The notes under the pieces: generated by a model
Seen by the model: only the letters and a program-made list of their open reading frames with translations
Database searches by the model: none
Told to the model about the DNA's origin: nothing
Program-made: the position numbers and the translations under genes
In this document: positions 13,201 through 26,333 of the stretch, piece after piece
Position numbering within the stretch: position 1 is the stretch's first letter
How the letters are laid out: each line of letters begins with the position of its first letter
NCBI GenBank assembly: GCA_004431415.1
Contig: QPMI01000569.1
Coordinates: 62,001 to 126,000 of the forward strand
Length of the DNA: 64,000 bases
Direction of reading: 5' to 3'
Source: Cyanophora paradoxa CCMP329
Taxonomy: Eukaryota; Plantae; Glaucophyta

Positions 13201-14316
13201 CACCTTGAAGAGGACCGCGACGTAGATCAGGAGGCCGATGGCGCTCAGCACGGCGATGGCGGCGATGTAGTAGAAAGCGACCATCCACGTGCGGCCCAGC
13301 GCGTTCAGCCGCTGCGGGCAGGGCCGGCCTCAGCGCGGATCCCGAGAGAGGGAGCCGCAGGGGTTCAAACCTTGCTGATCTCAAAGAGGAACGCGAGCCA
13401 GCCTGCGGAGCCGGAGCCAGAGCGATGTCAAGACAGCGCCGAGCTCGAGCCCGCGGCGGCGGGGGGTCGCACCGACGACGTCACGGTGCCAGACGGTGTC
13501 GTCGTAGGCGAGGCCGATGAGCTGGACGAAGTCGAGGAGCGTGAAGAAGAGGAAGACCACGACTCTGCCGGCGGCGGCGGTCAGGCGCGGTGCGAGACGT
13601 GGCGCGGCGCGCTCGCAGGTCGTGTTCGGACGCACCGAGTGGAGAGGCGGGTCTTGGTCTGGGAGTTTCCTGCGGGCCCGGATCATGATAAGTTGCGATT
13701 TCCGCGCTCAGGAGGCGGCGCGAGCGGCGGGGCGAACGGGAGGTCATCGTGAAGAGGGTTCCGAAGAGCGCGTCCTCCTGCGGGCCCCGCGCGCGTGAGA
13801 ACTTCGACTTCGGAGCTCGGCCGGCGCCGGCGCGGCCCCAGCGAGGCCGGCAGCGCGGGCTCGCGCACCGTCTTGCGCTCTTGCAGCCCCTCCATCTCCA
13901 TCACTGCGCGTGCCCGGCGCGCGGGGGAAAGCGATCAAGCCAGAGCTGCCCGAGGGCCGGGACGCGCGCGAGCCGGCCGGCCGCGGCCGGCGCCGCCACG
14001 GCCGGCCGGCCTGCGCGCTGCGCGGTTCGGCAGGCGCACGGAGCTGCGACTCCGTGCCGGTGGCCGCCGAATGGACGGAGCCCGTTTCCAGCTTGTCCGC
14101 CGGCATTGGCACTGCCAGCGCGGGCAGGCCGTTCGCGGACACCGCGCCGGCAGCGCCGTCGCCCGCGGATGTCATGCCGGGATCAGGAACAATCTAAATA
14201 ACGAATCGCGGTTATACGAAGGCGGCTCGGAGCGACGCGCCAGGAGTCGCGGCTCGAGCTCGGCCGCTGCGTTCGGGCGCGCTCACGTATTTGGAGATAG
14301 AACTTCTTCGAGACAT
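4262..14316 (-). CDS. TmcB/TmcC (tiny macrocysts)-like multi-pass membrane protein, copy 1, with many exons
   Basis: Exons give EDALFGTLFTM, VVFLFFTLLDFVQLIG, YITVLEILISPFDC, a TPR-like region (AEAIYKRGMQQFPK, ITYASFLQSY, PFDQRFWL, MLEFKRLL, ADEGYRRLL, QYPRSKLLIRSYAAFLLHV) and a C-terminal LFMFRPMIKQLDDESTRRAQLLGMFP. The start exon MSRRSSISKY is at 14316-14287 and the stop TAA at 4264-4262. Confidence 0.75.
8706..8972 (-). other. Tandem homologous transmembrane exons A (8972-8863, frameshifted) and B (8801-8706) in copy 1
   Basis: Exon B is 96 nt, TYVSTTSSKSILGVLLALFISTIAGLILGLLM. Exon A is 110 nt (96 plus a 14-nt insertion) and reads into TAG. Confidence 0.65.
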
Positions 14317-16395
14317 CTTGGTAGTTGTGCCAAGCAGGCCGACGTCTGCCGGCTTCAGCCGCGCGCGCGACTGGGCTGGTTGGCGCTGATCGATGCGGAA
14401 GCTGGACAATCGAGCGAGCAGTCACTGAGTGCTACTAGTACTTGGTTACTACTAGAATTCGCTGCGGCGCCTTAAGCTTCTCACAGCGCTATCGTGACGA
14501 GCGACGGCGACTAGCAACTTTGGGGTGCGTGCGCATGCGCTATGCGGGTCCGCGCGCACGCTACCGGCGAAGCAAGCATGCGGACCCGTGGCAGGAAGAA
14601 AGCTTCAATAACCTGTACCCGGACTCTATAGACAAGCTGTCGGAGCTTTGATATAATGAAAGTTGAATTATTAAAAATTTGCATGCGCGAGTTGAAGCCG
14701 AGTTCCCGACGACTTCCCGTAAGTTCCCGATCGGCGATCGAAGTTCCCGCGGTGCGTCACCGTTTTCCGATTAGTTGAACGGGCAATTTGCAAATGCATT
14801 TGCACATGCATGATCTACCGGCGTACCGGCGGTACCGCTAGCGCTCGAGGGACTCGGCCAGACGGCCACCCGCTGCGCAGCCTGCGCTACCGGTAGCTTA
14901 GCCTAGCGCTAGCTATAATAATGCTGAGCTAGTATTAGCTGCTAGCTGTACATGTGTATCATGTACCAGCAGGGCTGGCAGGGCAGTACTAGTAGATCAG
15001 GAGCCTAGCCGCTGATCATGAGCTTAGCCGACTCAGACATTTGCATGTACAGTCACTACATATACTAGCTATAGGCTCAGTGGCAGGCGCTGGCTGTGCC
15101 ACGTTAGCAGCACTGTCGCCATAGCGCGGCACCGTGCCGCGGCGACAGTGGCCGCCAGGCCATATGCATGGCGCCGGCGCTGGCGTGGCCCCGGTGTACG
15201 GTATATATATAGCTGCGGCCGCGGCGCGCGGCAGCTGCAGTGCACGTGCGGCCTGGCTGATCCGATGATCATCGGATCACTGAGTCATGAGGTTGGCTCG
15301 AGCTCGGGCTCGCGATCGGGATAGCTGGCAGTGCAGCTCGATGATCCGGCCATCCGATATTCTGCGGACACGTCCGCGACCGGACATATGTAATGATCGG
15401 GTACGCATGCAGCAGTGCTCTCATCGCGGTATATTTACACGCGACGCCGAATTATGAAAAGCAATAATGCTCATTCACCATCACATGCACCGTTCAAAAA
15501 CGGCTGATCATGAGCAGGCTGCATCTAGTTAAAGCTGCCAGCCGAAGAGCACCTCACATGCGATCTGCTGGGAAGCGACCTCACATTTACATATCTGAAA
15601 TACGTGCCTGAAAGCACTATATAGCTATTTGTTTTTAGACCTAAAGCTATCATGATCATAGCTAATAATATAACAGCTGCCTGCAAAAATGACGATACCG
15701 TATGCGTGCAGAAGCATACTCTGATGATCGCATTTATCGAAATCTACTACCCCAGGGGCCTTGATTCCGAATTCGAAGCCGCCCGAAGGCACGCGGATCC
15801 GGACCTGGCCGAGGGGCCGAGGAGCGCTAGAAGTAAAAGAAGTGCGCATGCCGAAGCTAAGCTGCGGAATGTACAAACTGAAGTAGGCAATTGCAAGAAG
15901 GCGATGCCATACTACATAACGCTGACACTGTTGATGTCGACAATCAACAATAAGATGTTGAAAATATGATGGTTGATAAGAATATCCTACTTAGTTCCCG
16001 TCCAACGACCGGTTCGGGATGAGGCGTAGTGCCACAAACGCATTGCACATCACACGTTGGATGATCAAGACGATCACAAAAAAAGCAAATCCGCAAATGC
16101 GAAACCGCGAGGCCACATACAAAGAGATAATACACGATATCAATAGAAGCGCTGGACACTTGCAAATTGAAACCAAAGTGGTCCGATAGAAATGGAAAGG
16201 CTCATGCTGGTCATAAGCACAAAGGCGAAATGACGAGACGAAAGAAAAGTCCGACGTCGACGATCATGTACACCATATATAGCACGTTACTGGCTACAAG
16301 AGAGCTCGCAAGCAAATAAATTTGAAGGCGACCGCGGCTCTTGTGGAGAAGGCGCGGCCGTGAGTGAGCCCAACGGTCCGGTTACGCGGGCGGGC

Positions 16396-19300
16396 TTAGT
16401 TGGCCTTGTCCTCCTCCTCCGAGGACGAGTCGGAGTGCTTGGACCCCTTCCCGCTCTTCTTGTCTTCGTTCGATCCGCCGCCCGCGCCTCCGCGGAAGTA
16501 CCTGCGCCCACAGCCGGCCGCCGGTCAGAGGGGTGCGGGTGGGCGGACAACGGGCGGGGTACGCGCTTGTGGAGGAAGGCGTTGTCCTTGATGATGACGC
16601 GGGGGAACATGCCGAGCAGCTGCGCCCGCCGCGTCGACTCGTCGTCCTGCGCGCGTCGCCGGTGAGCGGCTTCGATGGCGAGGGCCGAAGATGCGAGGGG
16701 CGGGGATGACCAGCTGCTTGATCATGGGCCTGCGACCAATCGTCAGCGGCGGCCGGGGGCGATGGATGGCACGGGGGGTACCGGAACATGAAGAGGTACA
16801 GGCTCGCGAGCGACACCATGTTGAAGGCGAGAATGACGCCTGCGAAGAGCGGTTTCGGTGAGCGCAGAGGGTGCGGAAAGGGGCCGCGGCGGGGCCCGAA
16901 CCCTCGACGACGTAGACGACGTCGATGCGGGAGACGCTCTCCTCGACGGTCAGGTCAATGCACTTGCCCAGGCCCGCGTCAAGGAACCCGAAGCTGTGCG
17001 CAAAATGTTAAATTAGGTGTGCAGGGGCGGCGTTGAGCGCCCATGGTCATTGGGCGCGAACCTCTCCTGAATGAAAGAGTAGGACTTGGAAGTGGCGCGG
17101 GAGAGGGTCGAGGCCACCTCGCAGTTCCGCTCGATGCAGTCCGCCTCCTGCACGCGCGACGTCGTCAGCGAACGTGCAGCGAGGGCGATGGGTCGAGTTG
17201 GGTGAAACGCCAACCTTGAGGATATCGGTAACCTGGCGGCGCCGTCTCGCGTCAGGATGGCGCACTCGGGCGAAAGAGAGAAACGGGGTACCTTGTCGAG
17301 GAAGACTGCGACGAGGTTGTCAACGCCGTAGTTGTAGGCGTCCTTCCGCTCGGGCGACAGGGCGTTGCACGCCGCCTGGTTGTCGAGCAGGCACGACGGC
17401 AGGTACCTGCGAAACACCGGTGGGTCGGGGCGAGGGGTGCGAGGGGGAGGGGTACGCGCACATGAGGTCGTCGAGCTTCTGGTAGCGGTTGTTCTGCCCG
17501 GGGAGGCCCATCGTCTCGTTGCCGTACTTGAGGCCCGCTGCGGAGCCGCTCGTCAGAAGGTGGCAAGATGCTTAGGCAGGCGAGGAGTCGGGGGTACCGT
17601 GGATGGTGCGGAGCTCGAGCATGCGCGCCTCGAGGCGGACCTTGAGCTCCTTGAACGGCATGATCTGGCGCCGGGGCGTGAGGCCCCGCCAAGCAGACTG
17701 CACGGGCAACCGAACGCACGAGATCGTCGTTGATGAACCTACGGTGACGGCCAAGGCGAACGGGGGGCGGGCGTCAGACAGTGTGGGCGAACGGGCTCGG
17801 GCGGGGCGGGGCGGGGGCGCACAGCTCGCGGGAGAGGAAGGCGAGCTCGCGGACGACGGCGCGGCGCGTGCCGCCGTACCTGCGCCCCCGTCAGCCGCCG
17901 CTGCCCGCCGCGCGGCGCGGCGCGGCGCGGGCCGGCGCACTTGATCTCCATCGAGGCCGTCTTGCCCTGGTCCATGAAGAAGAAGCAGAGCGCAAAGTTG
18001 GCCGACATCACAGCCTGCCGCGCCGCCGCCGTCAGCGGTGTCGAGCTCAAGAACGCGAGCGAGCGAGCGTGCGGGCCGCGCACAGCGATGATGAGGAACC
18101 AAGTGAGGTATTTGCGGGTAAGGGAAGAAAGCAAGTTGTTGACGGCCGGCTTCGCCATTTCCGCGGCCCGCTTCCGTTTCTTCTCCTTGCGCCGCTCTTT
18201 CTCACCCTCGCTCCCGCTGCTCTCCTTGTCCTCCTCCTTCTTGTCGCCATGGGCCTCGTCGGTCTTCTCGGTCTTGTGGGGCTTGATGGCCGGCTTGGGA
18301 ACCACGGGCACGAGGGGCATGTCCGGGGGCGGGGCCCACAGGTTGGCGCCGCCCAGGATCTCGGCGAGGGGGTCCTTGACGGTCGCGGGGTCGCGCTCGC
18401 GGCGGTGGAGGCCCTTGGACTCGCCCTTCGACAGGTCCTCCTGCACCGCCGGCGTCAGCGTTGCATCGGAAAGAGCGGCCAAGGGGGTCGGCGGCCGCAC
18501 GGGATCGAAGACCACCGAGCGGCGGCGCTCGCGCTCCGCGGGGGGGCTGCCAGCGGGCGCCGCAGCGTGGGCGTGTCCGTGGGAGTGCGAGCGCGAGTGG
18601 GACGACCCGCTGAGCGCGCGTGCCCCAGTCAGTGGCGCGCGCGGCGGGCGGCGAACAGCCGTGTCGGGACGCTCACTTGCGGAGGATGCCACCGATGGGA
18701 AGGGGCGGCGACACCATGCCAGCAGCAGCGCGCTTCTCGCGCGTGATGGTGTCGGTGCTCGACGTCTCGCCGTCCGAGACCGAGATCGGCTCCACCTGCC
18801 GCCCGCGGTTGGTGTCGTGGGCGCGCGAGCCGCGCTTGGCAGCGTTCAACGTGCCTTGGTGTTGTCATCGGGAGACAGGGGTGAGGCGGAGCCTTGGTCG
18901 AAGGAGGGCAGGTTGGCGGCGCTGCCGCTCGCGCTCGAGTCGAAGGAGCCGTCGGGCAGCACGGCGCCCTCCGCAAAGTGGCCCGTCGCGATGACCGCCA
19001 CCGGCGCCTCCGGCTCCGGCCTGCCCGCCGCCCGTGAGCCTCGCGGGGGCGGCGGGCGGCGGCGTGCGCACGCGAGGAGAGTCTCGAGCTCGGGGAGGAA
19101 GCGGCGCCGGGCCGACGAGGAGCCGGAGCCGGCCGCCGAGCCGCGCGACGCGGGGCGCGCGTCGCCGGCCTCCGCCGCCGCCGGCGGGACGCCCGGAAGC
19201 GAGGCGCCGGCATGGACGGACGCGTCCTCGAGGAGGGCCGGCTCCTGGCGGGCCGGCGAGGCGGCGCGGCGGCGGTGCATTTGCTGCAGCGCCACGTGCC

Positions 19301-22300
19301 GAAGCGCCGCCTGCGAGGAAATGCGAGGTCAGAGCGCAGCCGTGACAAGGCGGGCGGGGAGGCGGGGCGGGCCTGGCCGGGGGCCTCCGAGCCGAGGCGC
19401 TGGAGGTTCTCCATAGAGAGGGGCGCCTGGGCCGGCGCCGACTTGGAGCGCGCCTTGGCCGCCTCGGCCTTCTTCTCCTCTGTCTCCCGCTTGCGGCCGC
19501 GCTCGGAGCGCGCTCCGCCCTCGGCCTCGCTCGAGCTGCGGCGCCGAAGCGTCGGCGCGCCGCACCCGCGCGGGGCGCTGCGCGGAGGCAGCGGGCGGAC
19601 CTGTCGCCGGAGGCTTCGGGGCCACGCGCGAACGGGACCGAGGCCCGTCGAGCGCGCCCGCTTCTCCTTCTTTTCCTTCTTCTCCTTCTTCTCGCCGTCC
19701 TTGCCCCTGATGAGGCCATCCGAGGTCAGCGGGCGGCGCTGGGCCGCGTGGAGAGGGGCGGGGCCGCACTTGCTGCTGCGGGAGCGGTCGGAGTGGGCGC
19801 CGCGCTTGCCGGCGGCCTCGGAGCCCGAGCCGCGCTCCCGGCGCGCGAGCTCGCGGCCCGACGCCTCGTCCTCCGACTGCGACGCGCCCTCGTACTTCTG
19901 CGCCTTCTTGCGGCGGTTCTTCTTCTCCGCCTTCATCTTCTCCTCCTTCAGGGCGGCGTCCTCCAGGAAGCTGCGCGGGGCGCCCGGCCCCGCCGCCAGG
20001 TTCTCCGCCGTCAGGTGTCCCTCTGCGCCCTCTGCGCCGCTGTGCTCGCCGTCGCCCTCGTGCTCGGCCCCTTCCTTTTTCTTCTTCTCCGCCTCGTCTG
20101 CCGCCCCCCGAGCGTCAGCAGACCCCAGGGAAGAACCCATTACAACATAATCCATGATCTATTAGAAGTTCAAACTTTGCTTTCAGGGCTTTGACAGTTT
20201 CGGGGGTTCTCTAGATAGTCCTGGTGTAGCTATAGATTTAGTGTCGGTATGACAATTACGAGTGGTAGATGTTTCGTTGCGGGGAGCGGAGATTCGTCCG
20301 GAACCCAAGTTCCGGGGCCATTTATGCGGCTACTAATGTTTTTGGCTGGGCGGGGCGGGCGCACCGCCGGAGCTCTCCTGGTCCGAGTCCTCAGCGCGGT
20401 CGCCCACCATACGAACGTGCGCGTAGTGCCGGCTCAGCTGCCGCATCACTGCGCCGGCGTCTCAGCCACCGGAAACGCCCGGGGCGCCACGTCGGATCGG
20501 GCTGCGGTCGGCACGCACGGGCGCGGGGCATCGCCAGGAGAATGTCGGAGACTGCGCGCGCGGTGGCGTCAGGCGGGCGCCTTTGGACGCAGCTGCCGGC
20601 ACAGGCGCAGGCACCTCCGCGCTGGTTCTTGCGCACTTTCGCGAAGGCGGGCTGTCGCGCAAGGCGAGACGGATGTCAGAGGTCTAGACCAGGAGACTAG
20701 TATGCTGCATTAAATTTCTAGAGAAAGTGTGGGGAATGGGCCCGCGGCTCTGGTTTCCGACGGGCGGGAGGCAGCAGTTCGGGATCCAGGCAGCCGCGGG
20801 GTTGGGGGGCGGGGGCGGGGGCGGGTGTTTTGAACCATAAGGAGGCCCAGGATGAGGCCCGCGATAGTCGAGATGAACAGAGCTAGCAAAACCCCTAAAA
20901 TGGATTTGCTGCTGGTGGTGCTAACGTAGGTCTTGAGTGATGGTCCCCAAATGCGCGAGGGGAGGGCGAGTCAATGACAGCAATCAGCGCACTCGAAACA
21001 CTCCGAGGATTAAGGAGACGATAGTCCCTAAAAAGAGAGCCAGCAGAGTCCCGAGGATCGCCTTAGAGCTGTCCGTTTTCACGAACGTCTGCTCGCCGCG
21101 AGCGGAGCGCCGCCGTTAGTCTATCCGTGACGCCTCTCGCAGCGCGCGGTGGGGAACGAGCGCAGCGCCTCCTCCCGCCGAAAATTACCTCCTGCTGGTA
21201 CGTGTTGGCGGCCCTCTCCATCGCCTGCTGGAAGCCGTACATGGCTGCGCGCAGCCGCGTCAACAGAGAAGCGGATTTCGCGGCGAAAGCCATCGCTCTC
21301 GCACCGTTGCGAGTGACGTAGCGGAAGAGGTCCGACGCGTGCGCGTCCTTCCAGTCTGCACGCGGAGCGGACGCTCAGAATTTCGATGCAACGATGGCCA
21401 GGGCTCCGTTGGAATCGTGCGCACCGGCGACGGTGCTGTGGGAGAACTGCCGGGCCTTCGTCGCGAAGAGATTTCCGGCGTCCTGCGATGGAATTCGAAA
21501 GCGGTGAGACGACGGTTCCAATGGTGTCGGGATCCATCGCCGACGCACCCAGAGCGACGTGTACGTGTCGACATAGTGCGCCGGCGGGATGCTGACGTAT
21601 TTCTGCCGATAGCAATGGCACCGTTGAGCGCGGAGCGGTTAATAGATTTCACAACGCGTACCTGCATGCGGACGTTCTGGTCGGTCCACATACCTGCGTC
21701 ACCTGCGTGTCATGAAAGATGATAGTGCATGCAAGGCAGGCTGACGGTTGACGGCCGGGTCGTTCGAGCGTGTCACGCCATTGATTCCCATGTAAATGGA
21801 ACGGAAAGCATCCAAGAAGGTCTGCACAGACCCCGGGCCGGCGGTTAGATCGATAATGGTGCCGATTGATGCGGCTTTCTGCCTCGTATCGTAAACTCGC
21901 CTCTGACATAGTAGCAAGGGAAGTGACGGTCTCGTCCATCACGGCTTTGTCGCTTTCGCGCGCGGCAATGTTCAGCGTGCGCGTCTGGTGGCAGGCCCTG
22001 CGCAGTTCGAGTCGGAAATGACATTGATGCCATTAGCGGAGGCGCAAGGCAGTGGGAAGGCCGCACTCGAGGATCATGCGGAGCAGTGCAATCACGCCCT
22101 TGTTGCGCTTGACGGACTGGTCGTAGCCACCGAACAGGTCGCGGATCACCGCTGCGGAGGCGTCAGAGGCGGTTTCTGGGTTGCGAAACTCCGTCGTCGT
22201 GGGCGGACCGTAGCTGACGGCGGAGAGGGCCATAAGGGCGCCGATGCCAATGACGATGCCGAACTTCAGAATAGTCATCGCGCCGTTCTCTTGCTGGATG

Positions 22301-25300
22301 ATCTCTGCGGAAACGCGTGAGCCCTCGCCGGATTTCAACCGAAACACCCTTTGACCGCACCGAAGTCGCCGTTGCCGGTCTTGCGCTTGGCGGAGGAAGA
22401 GTGGCTTGAGGACCCGATGGATTCCGAGGCCTTGTCCTCGCTGGTGCCCTGGGACGACGTGCCAAGGGACGAGCCGCCCCCGCCGCCGTTCGCGAGGCGC
22501 TCACGCATCTCGGCCTAGCGCGGCAGAAGCGTCAGATCTGGCAACATAGATAGAGATCTTTAGTGCTGATTAAAGTGGACGGCATTCAACGAGGATGATG
22601 CCTCGTCCATTTGTCGATATGACCGCGTATGCAGACGCACCTCCTCGATCTCGTCGGCCTTGGCGAACTGGACGGCGGCGGCCTCGGCCTCGTTGCCGAC
22701 GTGCAGTAGGAAGGCCGCGTAGGAGCGTATCAGCAGCTTCGAGCGCGGGTACTGCGCTGCGACCGGCGTCAGGCGCCGCGCGGAGAAGCGGGCGATCGAG
22801 GGGGCAGCTGCGGGAGGCGCACTCAGGAGGCGGCGGTAGCCTTCGTCAGCCTTCGACTTGACCTGAAGATGAACGTGAGACCTGAGAGCAGAAAGGGGAT
22901 AGTCTGCAGTTTTGCATACCTGGCGGACTTCCTCCAGCTTTTTGCCGACGTTGTCGAGGACGGCGGGAAGGAGGACGCGCTTGCGGGCGAGGCCGCGCCA
23001 GAACGCCCGCACGTGCACCACCGCCTGGCCGGGGCAGCCGCGTTGGCCGCGCGGTGCGAGCCCGTGAAGATCCCAAACCGGACCTGGTTGTGGTGCGCCT
23101 GGGTGACCGTCAGGAGCCGCTTGAACTCGAGCATCTGCGGCGCGGCCGGGCGTGAGGGACGAAGTCGAGGGGGAGGCGGGCCGGGGGCACCTTGATGAAG
23201 GAGAGGGACTCGCCCTGGCCGGCCGACTGCCCCTGGTTCATCTGCTCCCACGAGCGGCGGATGGAGGAGAGCCAGAAGCGCTGGTCGAACGGCGGCTTCC
23301 GCTGCCACGCGTCCTTGAGCGCCACCATCGCTGCGCCCGCCGCCGCCGTCAGCCGACCGGGAGCCCGTCGCGCAGCGCGCGGGGGCCGGTGCGGCCGCAC
23401 CGCCGGGGACGTTCTTGCGGTAGCTCTGCAGGAAGCTCGCGTACGTGATCCTGCGGGCGGACAGCGTTACCGTTTGCGATGAATGTAGCGGCGGGTCCAC
23501 GCCTCGTCGCACCGCACGTAGGCGCTCTGCGAAAGGGACACGTCAGACGAGCTCTCGCGTCTCGCGAAAATGCGAAAGCCCTCCGCACCTTGGGGAACTG
23601 CTGCATGCCGCGCTTGTACACGGCCTCGGCCGCGTCGAGCAGCGCCGTGCTCGGGTGGCGCGTCAGCCGCAGGAAGCGAACGGCAACCTGTCGCACGAGT
23701 CAGTCACGCGGGCCCGTCGGGAGCGGGAAAGCGGCGGCGCACCTCGACCTCCTGCTCGAGGAGGAAGGGCCCCTGGCCGCCTGCGCCGGGCTCGCGCCCA
23801 TCGCCGTCGTCGCCGTTGTCGAAGATGGCGGCGGCGAGCGGGCCGCCGAGGGTCGAGATCGACTTGGTGACGGTGCGGGCGCGACGGACGAGGGCCCGCG
23901 CCATGCCACCGCCGTGCGTGCTCTGCGCGCGCAGCGAGATAGTAAGCGAATATACAGGATCAAAAGAGCAAGGGAAAAGGGCCGCGACAAACAAAGTGAG
24001 GATTATTCGCACCTCGGCGAGGTCGGCGGCGGCGGCGGCGGCGGCCTTGGCCGATGCCTCCTCTTGCGAGGAGCCGCCGGCCACCAGCACCGAGGCGTGC
24101 GCCGCGGGGATCTTGAGGAACGCCCGCGAGATGCGGTAGTGCCGGAACTCTGCCGTTGATGGGCGGAGAGACGTCAGACCGAGTGCATTTGCCCTGAGAA
24201 AGGACGTGGAAAGGGCACCTGCGACGAGGGCGCCGATGGCGCCGAGGGGCACGATTGCGACGAGGACGGCAATGGAGGCGGCGTAGCGGCCGTCGTCGGT
24301 CGCATTGCGCAGCGCCACAGTCCCCAGCGAGAAAATCGCCGCTCCCATGAACCTGCCCCACGCCGCCCTGTGAGATCGCGGATCGAACGTGGCAGACGCG
24401 CCACTCACAGCCAGGCCATGAAGGTGTTGATCGAGCGGCGGTAGTAGGGGAGAACGACGGCCGTGTACCCGGCCTGCAGGCCCGCTGCAGCGGCGACCAG
24501 CAGACCGACGAAGCTCGGGCTGCAGGATCAGACGCCTCAGTTCGGATGCGCCGGGCGGCTGTGCATGCGCGGCGGCGCGCCTGTAGGGCCAGAGGAAGTG
24601 GCGGGCGAGCACGAGGACCGTACGGGAGGCGAGGTAGAGCAGGTCGCCGCGGCCGGTCGGCCCTGCCGCGCGTCAGCTGCGCAGGCGGGGCGGGCGCGCG
24701 GGGCGCGGATGCGACTTAGACTCACGAGACTCGAGGTTGGGCGAGTGGGTCTGCGCGGCCGCCTTTGGTGCACGAAAGAAAGGAAGCAGGGGGCAGCGGG
24801 CACCTCGTGGTCGTGGAAGACGAGGGACATGAGGAGGCAGAAGGGCATGAAGATGAGCAGCAGGATGAACGAGATGCCCATCTGCTCGGAGCCGGATGAA
24901 TGTTAGATACGAACGAGGCACGTGCACGGAGCCGGACGGCTCGCCTGGACGATGCTGCTGAGCTCGAGGCAGGTGCCCGAGAAGACGCAGTCGAAGGGGG
25001 AGATGAGGATCTCCAGCACCGTAATGTAGAGCGCCTGCAGCGCCCGGGCCGCGATCAGACGCGCAGGGGGAGGCCGATCAGAGATCGGCGGCGGAGTCGC
25101 ACCGTCACGAGGATCGTGACGAGGATGCGGAGCGCTTTCACCGGAAACATTTGGAAGCGGTCGCGCTACGGGCGAAGCTCTCACTCAACGGAAGTCCGAA
25201 GCGGGTAGAGAGAAAAGCCGCCCGGCCACTCGCACCTTGAAAAGGACCCCGACGTAGATCAGGAGGCCGATAGCGCTCAGCACGGCGATGGCGGCGATGT

Positions 25301-26333
25301 AGTAGAAAGCGACCATCCACGTGCGCCCCAGCGCGTTCAGCCGCTGCGGACAGGACGGCGTTCAAAGCGGAAGGCGAGATCGGGGTCCGCAAGAGCTTGA
25401 ACCTCGGTGATCTCAAAGAGGAACGCGAGCCAGCCTGCGGAGCCGGAGCGATGTCAAGACAACGCCGAGCTCGAGCCCGCGGCGGCGAGGCCACACCGAC
25501 GACGTCACGGTGCCAGACGGTGTCGTCGTAGGCGAGGCCGATGAGCTGGACGAAGTCGAGGAGCGTGAAGAAGAGGAAGACCACGACTCTGCCGGCAGCG
25601 GCGGTCAGGCGCGGTGCGAGACGTGGCGCGGCGCGCTCGCAGGTCGTGTTCGGACGCACCGGGTGGAGAGGCGGCGGTGGGTTTGGGAGTTTCCTGCGGA
25701 CCCGGATCATGATAAGTTGCGATTTCCGCGCTCAGGAGGCGGCGCGAGCGGCGGGGCGAACGGGAGGTCATTGTGAAGAGGGTTCCGAAGAGCGCGTCCT
25801 CCTGCGGGCCCCGCGCGCGTCAGAACTTCGAACTCGGAGCTCGGCCGGGGCCGGCGCCGGCGCGGCCCCAGCGAGGCCGGCAGCGCGGGCTCGCGCACCG
25901 TCTTGCGCTCTTGCAGCCCCTCCATCTCCATCACTGCGCGTGCCCGGCGCGCGGGGGAAAGCGATCAAGCCGGAGCTGCCCGAAGGCCGGGGCGCGCGCG
26001 AGCCGGCCGGCCGCGGCCGGCGCCGCCACGGCCGGCCGGCCTGCGCGCTGCGCGGTTCGGCAGACGCACGGAGCTGCGACTCCGTGCCGGTGGCCGCCGA
26101 ATGGACCGAGCCCGTTTCCAGCTTGTCCGCCGGCATTGGCACTGCCAGCGCGGGCAAGCCGTTCGCGGACACCGCGCCGGCAGCGCCGTCGCCCGAGGAC
26201 GGCATGCCGGGATCAGGAACAATCTAAACAACGAATCGCGGTTATACGAAGGCGGCTCGGAGCGGCACGCGCGGCTAAGGCTTTGAGCTCGCGCGCCGCG
26301 CACGTATTTCGATATGGAACTCCGTCGGGACAT
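16396..26333 (-). CDS. TmcB/TmcC-like multi-pass membrane protein, copy 2 (tandem paralogue)
   Basis: Colinear with copy 1 at an offset of about 12.1 kb, with the same exons. Start exon MSRRSSISKY at 26333-26304; ends SSSEEEDKAN* at TAA 16398-16396. Confidence 0.78.
20836..21088 (-). other. Tandem homologous transmembrane exons A (21088-20993) and B (20931-20836) in copy 2; candidate mutually exclusive exons
   Basis: Both are exactly 96 nt, phase 0-0 and AG/GT flanked: TFVKTDSSKAILGTLLALFLGTIVSLILGVFR versus TYVSTTSSKSILGVLLALFISTIAGLILGLLM. Confidence 0.7.

Noticed and set aside
14610-14770. Transposon end with AGTTCCCG subterminal repeats
   Set aside because: Four short repeats are visible, but no convincing partner TIR or TSD was found.
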